Source: the human T2T-CHM13v2.0 reference genome, Homo sapiens. Taken from it: a stretch of 64,000 nt of DNA. The notes under the pieces are model-generated. The model worked only from the letters and a program-made list of their open reading frames with translations. It did no database searches and was not told the DNA's origin. Location of the stretch: NCBI RefSeq assembly GCF_009914755.1, contig NC_060934.1. One strand, written 5' to 3'. How positions within the stretch are numbered: the stretch's first letter is position 1; every line of letters begins with the position of its first letter. This document shows, in pieces, positions 31,488-46,444 of this stretch. The position numbers and the translations under genes were made by a program.

Positions 31488-31862
31488 CTTCCAATTTCAG
31501 TTCATGTCTTCAAGTGTTGGCTGGTGTCCAGACGGAGAGATATAATAGGAACCAGGAACTCAAAAAAAGAGCAAAGCCAGATGTCTACAGATCTGTATAA
31601 GGTACTAGTAGAACCTAGGTGGCTGCAAAAGCCATGGGGAATAGATAACCAGGGAGAGGCAGTAGAACAAGAAGAGGGCTCAAAGAAATCCTGAGAAACA
31701 TCAATATTTAAGATATGGCCAGAAATAACTATGCAGAAGTAGTCAGAGGGCTAAAAAGAAAACCAGTAGAGAAGCAGGGATCCCACAAGGAACAGAAGTG
31801 TCAGCTGCTGTGGACAGGCAGAGTGGAACAAGGATAAAAAGGGGCTCTTGGATTTGAGGAGG

Positions 31863-31956
31863 TAGCTATTAACCCTAGACAATGTAGCTATTAACCCTAC
31901 TACCAAAGTTTTAGCTATTAACCCTAAGAGGTAGCTATTAACCCTACTACCAAAGT
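31863..31956. repeat. Four copies of TAGCTATTAACCCTA with variable spacers
   Basis: Copies start at 31863, 31885, 31912 and 31932. Confidence 0.95.
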
Positions 31957-32094
31957 CACAGTAGGAGGTGAAAGACAACAGCAGATCTGAGACGGCCAGA
32001 CAGGAACAAACATCTGTTATCAATGAGAAACATAGTACACAGCAGTTAAAAGCACTGGTCATAGGCCTAATGAATTCTGAGAGGCTGAACTTTA

Positions 32095-32451
<357 letters not shown>

Positions 32452-33096
32452 TTACTGAATAAACTTCTAAAGCTAGTAGAAAATAGTTGCTTAGAGAATT
32501 TAATGCTAAGCAGCTTTAATCTGTATTTCAAATAGTCAATGCCTATGCAGCCACCAACAATTTGTACACACACACACACATACACACACACAATGACTGC
32601 AAAGATAATTTAGTTCCAGAGCTTACGAATTTTCCCAAAAAGTTTTCCAAAAGACAACCATCCAAGACAGTAATGTAAATGAAATACTGCCCAGAGTACC
32701 TGAATGAAGATGTCTTTTCTTAAACTGATGCTTGGAAAGCCTGCCAAATACGCTCTTTAAAGACACGTGAGAGCCATTCTACAAATGCGATTAATGATGT
32801 TGGGCTTCCAACATGTAATTTAATCATGATGCTAGTTGTCTTTATCAAATTAACAAAATAAGAATGTTTAAGATTTCCAGTGTATTAAATGTAATAATAA
32901 ATGTGTACCAGCAGCCTCCTATGAACTGAGTTAAAAGTTTACTTTAATTCTCTTTGAGAGGGATTTGGTTCTGCAGGTGTAGAGAATAAAATTTTCCTAT
33001 ATCTGTTTTGACACTAAGGCAAAGAAACGTATTTTTCTCAAAACCCAGGCAAAGACTAAAGAGACACCCTCCACTGACTACAGGCATCAGGCATCA

Positions 33097-33312
<216 letters not shown>

Positions 33313-34964
33313 TTATGAAATTTTAAACTTAAATCCAAAGTAAAATAAAAATAATATACATTACATAAAAATTCCATACATTACTATTACTAGAGAGCCC
33401 TATGTGAGCAACTACCACTTTTCTAGGAGTAAAGGGGCCGTGAATATTCCCAGCAGACAGGCATGCCTGCACCCCCATGCTCTCCTGAGGACGGCAGACT
33501 GCCTTCTATGTGCCCGAGCCCTTAAATACATGGGCACTGACCTGAAAGGTGGACTTGTTCTACTTGGTTTCCCCCTTACACACTGGGCAAATCCCTAAAC
33601 TACTCTGTATTTCTGATTCAGAACCAATGGGCTATGGAAGTCAACAGGCCATAAGATAAGAAATAAAAACACAAATGTTCAATTGAAAAAGTTAGTCTCC
33701 TTTGATAACCTACTATATTTATGACTGTCCTTTTAGTATTCTACCTAATCAAAAAGCTTTAAGAAAAAAATATATCTTGCCATGCCTCTCCACCCTGGCC
33801 ACGCCAGACTCCTCTTTGTCTTGTTCCCTTCCACATCACCAGAACTCAGATATGTGCCCTTGGGCTTCACTGGGGAGGCCCAATGAACTGGGCTTGTGGT
33901 ACCTGGTTCATCTTTCCAAGGTCAAGAATGTTTCAACTTCAAATACGAGTGTGGGACAAGGGGAAATCCTGAACATAAATGCCACACTGCAATGACTTGC
34001 AATTTGTTTTTTCTCAGTTTTTCTCTCAGCAACATTCTGTCTAAAGCACTTTCCCTCTGAATAGTCTACCTCTAACCATCAAAGAGCTGCTAAAGACAAG
34101 AATGCATAATTAAGTTAGACTAGGACCTGAAGTGGTCTCAAGTTTGATGCTCTACACCCTTGAAATTCCAGCCCACTAGAAGCCCAAGAAGGTCTCTGCA
34201 CATCAATTTCACATGCTCCCACAAGAGACCAGATGTCCTCTCTCTGATTTGGGAGGACCCACCTGCCTTGGGCAACTGCTAGCTTTGACCTTTGGGCTGC
34301 TATTCTGGAAGCAAGTGAGAGAAGATGGGGTAGTGCAGGTAACAGACTGGTGAGTGGAAAGTATAATAAAAGGAGGGCCACGTGAACTGAACCAACGCAC
34401 AGCCCTGCCCCTGGAGAGCTTAAAGAAAAGATGCAAGGACTCTACTCACTGCAGTGAATCAACTGTAAGCACAAGTTGGGATGGCAGAACTGAAATGGTT
34501 ACAGCTAGTCATTCCTATCTATTGCAATGTATTTTCACAAAGGGGTACATAAATCATAAAAAATGTTTCAGACCTCACAAAGCTGTACATAAATCCTTAA
34601 AAAAAGTTTCAAACTTCATAAAAATAATATCCTAAGTAACAAATATTCCCTACCCTTAAGTTTTCCAAAGCTAAGTACAACCCCAGTGTGGCTGGGTGCT
34701 GACTGTAACACCCAAGGTGGGAGGAAGGGCCAAGCTCTCGCAACTGTCAGCAAAGGTGTGTGAGGGTCAATGGCTGCACCACCAAGAAACAGAGTGGAGA
34801 CAATTAGAGGAAGCAAGGGCTAAGCAGAAAAGAGTTCACAGGAGACCAGGAGACTGAGGCCAGTGTGACCCTAAGCCAGGCCAAAGAAATGGTGATGCAG
34901 GAAAACTAAGGAAGTGCGCCCAAGTGAGGCAAGCAACACCAAAAAGGAACTTTTCTCAAATACA

Positions 34965-35202
34965 CAGATGGTCTCCAACTTATCATGGTCTGACTTGCAA
35001 TTTTTCAACTTTGTGATGGGTTTATCAGGGCATAACCCCATTATAAACTGAGGAGCCTCTGGACTTAACTATGGTTTGACTTACAATATTTTGACTTTAA
35101 GATAGGTTTTTCAGTGTATTTAATGCATTTTTGACTAACAATATTTTCAATTTACGATGGGTTTGTCGGGATGTAACCCTGTTGTAAATCAAGGAGCAAC
35201 TG
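34965..35202. mobile_element. Tigger5/MER47-like element
   Basis: CAGATG...CAACTG ends with internal repeated halves. Confidence 0.65.
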
Positions 35203-35389
35203 TATACGTATGGATGTGTGTGTCTATGTATGTGTGTTTTTTTAAATGCAATAGAATGGGATGTTAAAGGAAAACAGCAGAAAGATTAAACATACAAAAG
35301 AAACCCAAAATTTCTCTATTGTAATTATAAGTATTTGCTTCACATCTTATAAGCACTTTTTAAAATACTTCCTAAATTAAGTGCCCCTA

Positions 35390-35647
<258 letters not shown>

Positions 35648-37259
35648 TTACTTCTTATTAACTAAAAGATAAAGGAAACTAAACCAGAATACATACCCTT
35701 ATTGGCCACAAATAAAACTTGTAGGATCATTAGAGGTTTAAGATGACTGCTAATGTTTTCTTTTATCTAGCTGATTTAGATCAGCTCGTTCCCATTTGTA
35801 AGCTGCTTCAGTCATTCTACAAGCATTATTTAAGTGCCTACTTTATTCAACACACTATGCTAGAACAATGTGCAATAAGTTGTCCTTTTACATGAAAAAA
35901 TGCATACATGGGTTTTTTAAGCCCGTTACGGAAGCCTTCCAAAGTCTGGAAGCATCCTAAATATGCTTAAACATTTTTTTATATAAATCACACATCTGCG
36001 ACAATATTTTTCTTCTACATAAATGGAAGATTCACTTACTACAGCACTAAACTTTGTGGTGCAAAGAAAACAAATCAATTTAAAATAAATTACTCCTAAA
36101 ATAGACACCATAGAATTGTAGCTTCCAATTTTCAAAACACAAATTCAATCTTCTTGATGATTGTGTAATTTGCTGTTTGTATCCTCTGTGGATTACAGGA
36201 TAAACAATGCGTATTACTGGCTGAGACACCACATGCCACCAGCCATCTAGCATCACTCTGCATGGAGACCCCACAACTCTCCTCTGTCACCTCTGGAGAA
36301 AGAGGACACATTTCCAAGATCAAATGTAAAAGTATCATTACAAAGAGTTGAGGTCCTCAACACTCAGACTATAACCATGAACGAGCACCTGCTCCTGAGG
36401 AGGCCAAAAGAACACACCAGGGAATGGTTAGCAGAAAACATGTCTTTGAAGTACCAACAACCACATTCATGACAGCGCCACACTCCACCCTCCCCAGCTA
36501 TCCTCTGTGACACTGCTCCATCCTCCATCCCGTTCAGCCCTCGCCTTCTTTCTTGCTTACCTGACACTGCCCAGAACACTGCCCAACGGGGGCCAAGCAG
36601 CAATGATAAGTGAGCTCAACCCCTCCCACTTCCCCTCTCCTGTCCTCACCTCCTACCCTTGCTCAGGTCTACAGCCTCCCCTTCTTCCCCATTAACGTGC
36701 TATGCTCAAAACAGCTCAAGTCTTCTCCCTCTCTAAGACACAAATAAAATCTCCATTTCCAGAGTCAGAACAAGGATGGAAGAAAAGAAAACCGGGGAGT
36801 CTTTATTATTTCTAAAAATGCAAATCTGAAAAATTGCCCAAGGACTGAACACTAAGTTTGGGGACAGTAAGCTAGAAAGAAGCTACCGCACAGAGAAAAA
36901 TGTGAAGGGGGCGCAATGTATTCCTGGCATCTCGAATAGGAAACACCTGAATTTAGGTGCACCTCTCCTGAGATCACTTTGTGCACATGCTGGTGAACAG
37001 CCCTTCTCTTCTGGACATTATGCATGCAACTGGCTTTCACGAGCTGGACAGAGACTCTAACTACCATGTACAATGCCACTCCTAAGGGGAAGGGCTGGGA
37101 CTCAAAGATGAGGTTGAGGACTGCCCTTATTGACTCTGTCCTCCAAATAAAAGGTTCTACACATCTCCTAAACTTCTGGAATACTAGAGCTTTCCATTAC
37201 CTGAATATCCCTGTCATGTTTTACCACCACTTTGAAAGGAAGAAGATGGGCTGCACTCA

Positions 37260-37685
<426 letters not shown>

Positions 37686-38220
37686 CTACAGACTACCTAA
37701 AAGGAAAAAAATTTATAAGCCTTTTCGTTATATAGGATTCATTGTAGTTCTTAAATATTTTATAATTAGAGCAGACTGATTTCTCAAAAGATCAAGTAAT
37801 AATCTTCCAACTACATAAATTCAAGTTTCCAAGTATTAATTTACTAAAAAGGGACAACGTATCTTCTTGAGTTCTGATAATAAATAAGAAAAATTAACCA
37901 GAAAAAGAAATGCAGTATCATCAACAAAGGACATTTAGGCAGCCAGCTAAGAAAGCCAGCCACCAAAATCCTGGGGTGATGGCCATGGAATATTCTTCAA
38001 AACAGCTGAAGTCATTTGGCTGCTGTTTTCCAAGTTAGCATCTTCATTTCATTATGACACAAATGATTTATAATATAGTGGCAAGATCAACTGTAATGCA
38101 TAGGAACAGCGATGTTAGGAAAGAGCTTCTGTGTGAATCTGAGACTAGAAACTCCTAGGCTGAATACCTATCCAGTAAATAGGAGCTTTGAACAAATCAG
38201 AAGCTCAGAAGATTAATTAG

Positions 38221-38889
<669 letters not shown>

Positions 38890-40558
38890 TTAATACACAG
38901 TATAATTTCTCACCCATCAGGTTAGCAAGAATTCAAAGCCTGATAGATAAATCCAATACAGACAAGGAGAAGGATCCCCCCTCACATAGTGCTGCTGAGA
39001 ATATAAATTAGTAAAGCCCCTTGCAGGGACAACTTAGCAATATCTATTAAATTAAAGGCACATGACCTTTGTCAAGCAATTCTAGGTATTTATTCCAGAG
39101 AACTAGTCACACACAGGTGCAAGGATGTTTAGTGCAGCACATTTTTAATAGTTTAATGTAACTACTAAGTATATTCTGTATACTGATATAAAAGCCATGT
39201 TAAGTGAAAAAATTCATGGTATGAACACACTTATGCTGAAAAAAGTATCTATCCTGCACACAGAATGATCTGGCAGGATACAAACTAAGCCTGCAAATCA
39301 GGATGGGGAAGAGAAAGCACAGGGAAAAATAAGGGGGAATGTTCACATTGTACTCCACATACTCAGGACCTGCTGCTTTAAGGAGAATATATTCACTATA
39401 TTACCTATACAACTATCACATCTAATAAATATATTAAAAAGCAAAACGATAACCAAAAATCAGTCTTGCTTTTTGTTTAACTGTGAATAAGATTTCTTTG
39501 AGCACTGTAACTTTTCTGTTAAATGACAAGTTCCCCCAGTGGGCCCCACTCATCCCTTATTAAGTAAAATAAGCCCAGCAATAAAGCACCGGGATACAAA
39601 GAATTCAGCATCATCTACACCCGAGTGGCTATCCACTGGAGCAGCAGCATGTCAGTTAACAACAGAGCAGGGCAGGTCAGCTAGCCCGGGACACGGACAA
39701 GAGGTCACACGAGCATCGAGCGAACTATATATGGTGTCTGGGGCCCAAGAAATATCACGGAGGAACTGAGATTTGAACACATGGGCCATGCATGGTCTGA
39801 TATATAGGAGGTGCTCAATATCTGCTGAAAGGAAGTGAGGTTCAGAGCTAAGTCTAAAATAATAAAAAGTTTGGTCTGGACAAATGAGTCACCAGTGAAT
39901 TCAGTCACAAAAATGAGACTCTCAAAAAGGAAGCAGATAGGAAGCAGGACTGGCAAGCAGCTTACATGTAATCAGTACCATTTGCAGCATGCAGTCAGAA
40001 ATGCAAATCTGAGCTCAAGGGAAAGTCTGGGTGACATGTGGACACATCAGCAGAGTGAGCAGTTCCAGGGTTCCCAAGGCTCTGACAGGTACCTAAGGTC
40101 ATTTTGGAGGGTACGAGGAGGCTAACATTGGAAAGGTTAAAAAGTGAACAACACAGTGAGAAAGTTCCTTCTTTTGGGGCCTGCTGATTATTTTCAAGAG
40201 GAAGGCTCAGCTCACCTCACTTTCCAACAGAGAGAGCAGGATTCCAGCTCAGAGTGTCTGTACTAGCTGGCAGTTAACAATTCTGTTTTCATTTTTCTTA
40301 TTTGTACACACATGAGGATTTCTTTTTAAGAAAAAAGGATGCCAATTCAACCAAAAATATTAAGTAACCATTTTTCTATTTCTGTAAAATAATATCAAAA
40401 AGCAATAGTATTGTAGTGTAAAGACAAGGTTAAAAATAAAGAAGTTTGGGGAAAACTTCTAATAATAAAAAAGGAGGAAGAGCGTCCAGTGAATGAGAAA
40501 AGGCTGAGTGAATTTGGATACCAATGGGTCACCATTTACCTTGGTAAAAGAAGTTTCA

Positions 40559-40954
<396 letters not shown>

Positions 40955-41780
40955 TTAAAGAGCTTGCCTCTGGCAGGGAGACAGCTACAGTGATAAAGTA
41001 ATAATGGATTTGTTGGGGGTAGGGAGAGAACTAGGGCAAGAAAAACTAGAGCACGTAATGGCTGGAGGGAGACAGAGGAGATAACCCAGAAAGGTGTACC
41101 AAAAGAGACAGCAAAAGTGGAAGGTCGCAAGCAGAAATGAACAGGAGGCACAACACATCTTTCTCGGACTCTGGCAGAAGGAGGATTCCTGATAGATCTA
41201 AATTTGCAGGTGGAAAGGAGGGAAGCTGAAGTGGATTACAGACAAAATATCCCACAAAGCAGCAAGTTGGGCAGTTCCTGAGTCAGGAGACAAAGTTGGC
41301 ACTGGGGCTAAAGACTAAGAGTCTGGAATAAATGTCCTGTACAAGAGAAAAGGGAGTTGACAGGGAACAAACACTGATGATTGCTGTGGAGGACCTACCT
41401 GAGGATCTCCCCAGCCCTGCAAAGCCATAGACTGCTAACAATCTCCAGGGCTGAACAATCTCCTCCTTCAGTAGTCCTGGGGGAAATGTCACTATTGAGG
41501 GTTTTCAGAGCAGAAATGGTAGCGCAAAAGAGTCACGGGGTTGAAGATGCTGAGAAGAGTAGCTGAAGCAACTGACTTCAGGGTCCAAGCTGGGTAGGTT
41601 TAAAAAAACAAAAACAAACAAACAAAAAAACAGAAGGGGCCTGGAAATGGGAGAAAGGGTTCAAGAAGTCACTTAGTATCTGGCAATGGCCAGAAAACCA
41701 AGTCTTCTGGAAGTGAGAGTTGGAAACCAGAAGGCTCTTATCAGGTTAAAGAATTTCAGAAGTGAAATAAATCATACATT

Positions 41781-42088
41781 TGCCGGGAGCGGTGGCTCAT
41801 GCCTGTAATCCCAGCACTTTGGGAGGCCGAGGCGGGAGGATCACGAGGTCAGAAGTTCGAGACCAGCCTGACCAACATAGTGAAACCCCGTCTCTACTAA
41901 AAATGCAAAAATTAGCTGGGCATGGAGGCGCGCGCCTGTAATCCCAGCTACTCGAGAGGCTGGGGCAGGAGAATCGCTTGAACCCAGGAGGCGGAGGCCG
42001 CAGTGAGCGAGATCGCACCACTGCACTCCAGCCTGGGCGACAGGGCAAGACTCCGTCTCAAAAAAAAAAAAAAAAAAGAAAGAAAGAA
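41781..42088 (+). mobile_element. CpG-rich AluS
   Basis: Alu dimer; TSD aaatcatacattt. Confidence 0.95.
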
Positions 42089-42205
42089 ATCATACATTTA
42101 ACAAATAGTTACTGAGAGTTAATTACACCAGGCAATGTACTAGGTTAACTAATTCCTGTCCCCAAAGAGCTTAGAGTCTCATGGGAAAAACAGACATTTA
42201 AAAAC

Positions 42206-42220
42206 TATATATATATATAT

Positions 42221-42255
<35 letters not shown>
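42206..42255. repeat. (TA)n(CA)n microsatellite
   Basis: Seen directly. Confidence 0.95.
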
Positions 42256-42438
42256 AATATAATTGTGGTGACTGCTGTTAAGAGGAAAGTACAAGGCTTT
42301 CTGACAAAATGAGAGAAACCAAATTGAAATTGTGGAGGTAGATGTGGGGTCAAGGAGGCCTCTCTGATAAAGTGACATCTGATAAGTCAGTCAGGTCGAA
42401 AGTAAAGTGAACGTCTTGCAAGGAAACAACGTGTGAAA

Positions 42439-42702
42439 TTTTTTTTTTTTTTGAGACGGAATTTCGCTCCGGTTGCCCAGGCTGGAGTGCAACCTCCGCC
42501 AGGCTCCGCCAGGCTCACTGCAACCTCCGCCTTCCGGGTTCAAGCGATTCTCCTGCCTTGGCCTCCCGATTAGCTGGGATTACAGGCATATGCCATCATG
42601 CCCGGCTAATTTTTCGTATTTAGTAAAGACAGGGTTTCACCACGTTGGTAAGGCTGGTCTCGAACTCCTGACCTCGGGTGATCCACCCACCTCGGCCTCC
42701 CA
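42439..42702 (-). mobile_element. 5'-truncated Alu with local rearrangement
   Basis: Reverse Alu; TSD ~aacaacgtg. Confidence 0.9.
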
Positions 42703-43299
42703 ACAACGTGCGTAACTTTTAAGACTAGAAAGAGCTGATGCACTTGTGAAAATGCAAGAAGGCTGGAACACCGAATTTTTGACTTTATTTTTAACTTTGA
42801 GTTAAGAAGAGCAGAGAAGGGCTCCGTTCATGGCCTAAGTCTTGCAGAGTATCTTCTAAGGCTTAATCATCTGGGACACTAGTATCTTCACCGTCCTCCC
42901 CCATCACTGGGGCTCCCGCAGCCAGGGGCAAGCTGGGTCTCATTTGGAGGGTTGGTCGGACACAGGCACAGTTCTGAGAGGGGACAGGCAAGGGCCAAAT
43001 CACACAAGGCCTGGGAAAACACGAGCATGGATTCCACTCCCAGTGCAATGGAATGACTCTGAAAACTGTTAAGTAGGCTGATGATGGCATGACCTACTTT
43101 ATGCCAGAGACCACCTGGACAACTGTGCGGATAATGGATTGGAGGAGACAAAGCAACAAGAAGATGATGGGAAAAGTTGAGGAGAAAAGCGAGGGCTGCC
43201 TGTCACAGGATGACAGCAGTTAAGACGCTGCGTGGAAGTCACGTAACAGCAGCATTTACAGGCGGCCTGCCTCATCCGCCCACACTCTTATCAATTTGA

Positions 43300-44400
43300 C
43301 TCTATCAACGCCCAAAACGTCGGACGTACATCTAGCCCGACTCTCTTTAAAATAACAGCTCCAGCATTTTAATCGAGATCAAAAAGGACCCAGCTGACCC
43401 TGCGCGCAGGGGGCCTTATACAAAGTCGGAGAAGTAGCTGGGTCGCTGGGCGGCCAGGGACTCAAGCCGCCTCAGGTGAGCGCTCCTTGGCGCTACTTCC
43501 GGTCTCAGGTGAGGCCGCCGGAAGCGGGCGCTTGGCCCTAAGACCCGCTACAGTGCGTCCTCGCTGACAGGCTCAATCACCACGGCGAGGCCAAGGAGCG
43601 GGGCCGCGGCCGCCCGAGAAGCCTGAGCTGGGCCCCGACACCCCCTGCCCGACATTCGGCCGGGACCCCCGAACACTCACCCAGGGCCGCGCGAGCGCCC
43701 ACAAGGAAACAGAGACGCTACCGCCGCCAGCCGCCTTGGAACCAAGCTCGACGGGCCGTGGCGCCTGCGCCCTCAGCTCAACCATAGACACCGCCCCCAA
43801 CAGCGACTCCGACTTCTGCTGGTGCGGGGAGGCCCGTGGCGCATGCGCCTGGCTCAGCGTTTGTTTTTAAGCACGGGCAAGACCACGTGGTTTGGAGGGA
43901 CGGGCTCAGCAGCGCCTTTCTACTTGCGTGCGAGCAGGGCGAGAAAGCTGTCTCCGCTGCCGGTCAGCTGGGTGGCTTGCGAAGGACGCTTCGCCCCTAG
44001 CGAAAAATACCCTGCTGGCAAGGCAGTTATGAAAGTTAAGACATATTTCCACGTAGAGGGGGATGCGGGTGTGCCATGCGAATGTAAATCCTCACAATTA
44101 ACCTTGAACCCTGCAGAGAAAGTCAGCTTGGGCAGGGAAGTTAGCCGCACTTTTTGGTCGCCAGGCTGTGACCTCTCTTGTTGTCTCCCACGACTGAACA
44201 CGGGAAGGATGGAGAGCTGTCCTGCTTCTCTGTTCCCCCTCCGCCACGCGCGCACCTGGGCGGAGTGAGTGCCTACAGAGCCTGCTTACATGTGTACATT
44301 GCCTTAAGTCCAGCGTTTAGTATCCGTCCTCAGATCTCAGAGGTAGGCGGGGTTTCGAGGCAGGCGAGAATTTTACCGTGGTGCGTTTGAAGAAAGAAGA
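43300..44400. promoter_or_regulatory. ERCC6: CpG-island promoter of ERCC6
   Basis: High GC/CpG; NRF1 palindrome GCGCATGCGC 43839-43848; E-box CACGTG 43884-43889; ETS motifs ACTTCCGG 43495-43502 and CCGGAAG 43518-43524. Confidence 0.9.
43681..43820 (-). other. ERCC6: ERCC6 exon 1 (5' UTR); TSS approximate
   Basis: GC-rich exon in CpG island ending at consensus donor CCCTGG|GTGAGT (intron starts 43680); matches recalled ERCC6 mRNA leader. Confidence 0.85.
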
Positions 44401-44719
44401 TGTCCACACAGAGGTTCAGAACAATGGGAGGAAGTTGAGCTTCGCCTGGGGAAAGAAGCAGCCCACGATGCAGGATGGCTGTACCAGACAGAGCTTCTCA
44501 GCTCAGGATCGGTGCTAGGAGAAGGTGGACTTTCCAGGGCCGCGAGGCAGGACGTCCTCTGGGAGGGCAGTGACTGCGGGTCACTGCCTGGGAAGTGCTG
44601 TCCTCACTTGGAAGCCTGAAGTCGGACAATAGGGAAATGGGGTCGGAAAGGGGACTAGGAAATGCTCCATAACATCATCTTATTCCTCCTGTCAGCGGCC
44701 CCAACCCACAATGTAACTT

Positions 44720-45056
<337 letters not shown>

Positions 45057-45353
45057 TTGTAACTTGCTTTTTTTTTTTTTAAAGGAGAAAGAATTCTAGC
45101 GATTTCTTGGATAAAATATTAAGAATAGAAAGGCAGTTGATTGACATTAGTTTCAATGCTTGAAAGTAAAAGCAGATATATAGTGGATCCCAACTTTTGA
45201 GACTGAGGTTCCCTTTGCAGCTATTTTGGAGACCCTTCCTATATCAGAATTTGGACAGGAAAAAATGGTCCACTCAAAAGGGGAAGTTGAGAGTTATTAT
45301 TTACAAAGACGTGGGCGGGGTTCAGGAAAACAACTCAGGGTGGCACAACTGGA

Positions 45354-45498
45354 GCTATTAAGGGCCGAATTGTGTCCCCTCCCCAAAATTCATATGCTGG
45401 AGTCCTAACCGCCACTCCCCACCCCCACCCCGGGACCTCAGAATGTGACTGTATTTGAAGATAGGGTCTTTAATGAGGGAATTTAGTTAAATGAGGTC
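45354..45498 (+). mobile_element. MLT1 LTR 5' fragment
   Basis: gaattgtgtcccc...aaaattcatatg...ctcagaatgtgactgtatttg motif. Confidence 0.65.
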
Positions 45499-45689
45499 CC
45501 AAGTTATTTAGCAAGTCGTCCAAGCCCTTTTATACTCCTGCCCCATCTAATTTTTCTGCATCACTTGTGTCCTCCACTCCCTGGATGCCTATGCTCAGGA
45601 TTTAGGGAACTACTTACTCTTCTCCCAGGAAGGGTGTGCTACAATTGGCTTCTACGGCCTAGCAAGCATACTGTTCACCTCTTCCCAGC

Positions 45690-46053
45690 TGCCTTAGCTC
45701 AGGCTGCCATAACAAATGCCATAGACTGGGCAGCTTAAACAACAGGCATTTGTTTCTCATAGTTCTGGAGGCTGGGAAGTCCAAGATCAAATGCAGGCAG
45801 ATTTAGCTCATTTAGGGGAAGCTCTCCTCATGGCTTGCAGATGGTTACCTTCTCACTGTGTCCTTACATGGGGTAGAGAGAGGGCTCTGTCTTCCCTTTC
45901 TTCTAAGGCATCAGCCGTATTGGATTAGGGACTCACCCTTATGATCTCATTTAACCAGATTTACTGCCTAAAGACCCTGTCTCCAAATAGTCACATTGAG
46001 GGTTAGGGATTCAGCATATGAATTTGGGGGGCACCCAGTTTAGCCCATAGCAC
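45690..46053 (-). mobile_element. MLT1/MST MaLR LTR
   Basis: ggctgccataacaaat...ttctggaggctgggaagtccaagatcaa motif. Confidence 0.75.
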
Positions 46054-46444
46054 CAACTCTGCCTTTGTTGACTTCACATTAATAGCTTGAAATCAGCCAT
46101 AGTAGGAGTATTTATACCACAGAAATGGACAAACTATAAACTGGAACTTTGGGGGAGAGGCAATTATTAATCTTTTCCCACATACCCCTACTTGTTATTC
46201 TGTCACTTCTGTGATCTTACAAGCAGGTCCCTCTGCTTAGAATTCTCTTACCCATTCCAAACTCAGACAAAGTTTCTCTTTTCTGAAGCTTTCCCCTACC
46301 CTCTGACAGCAATAGGCTCTTGCATCTCCTGTGTACCCCCAAACCAATATTTCTAATGTCATTATTATAGTAGTTATTGATTTGGATTTTAATCCATTTT
46401 CCCTACCATTTTCTAGCCCTTACTCTAAGCTGGGCATTATTTTA

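Noticed and set aside
31863-31956. CRISPR-like repeat-spacer array
   Set aside because: Mammalian intron; 15-bp repeats with 5-12 nt partly repeated spacers; no cas genes
43822-44390. ORFs of 70-148 aa in the promoter
   Set aside because: Stop-poor GC-rich CpG island, mostly non-ATG starts, no homology recognised
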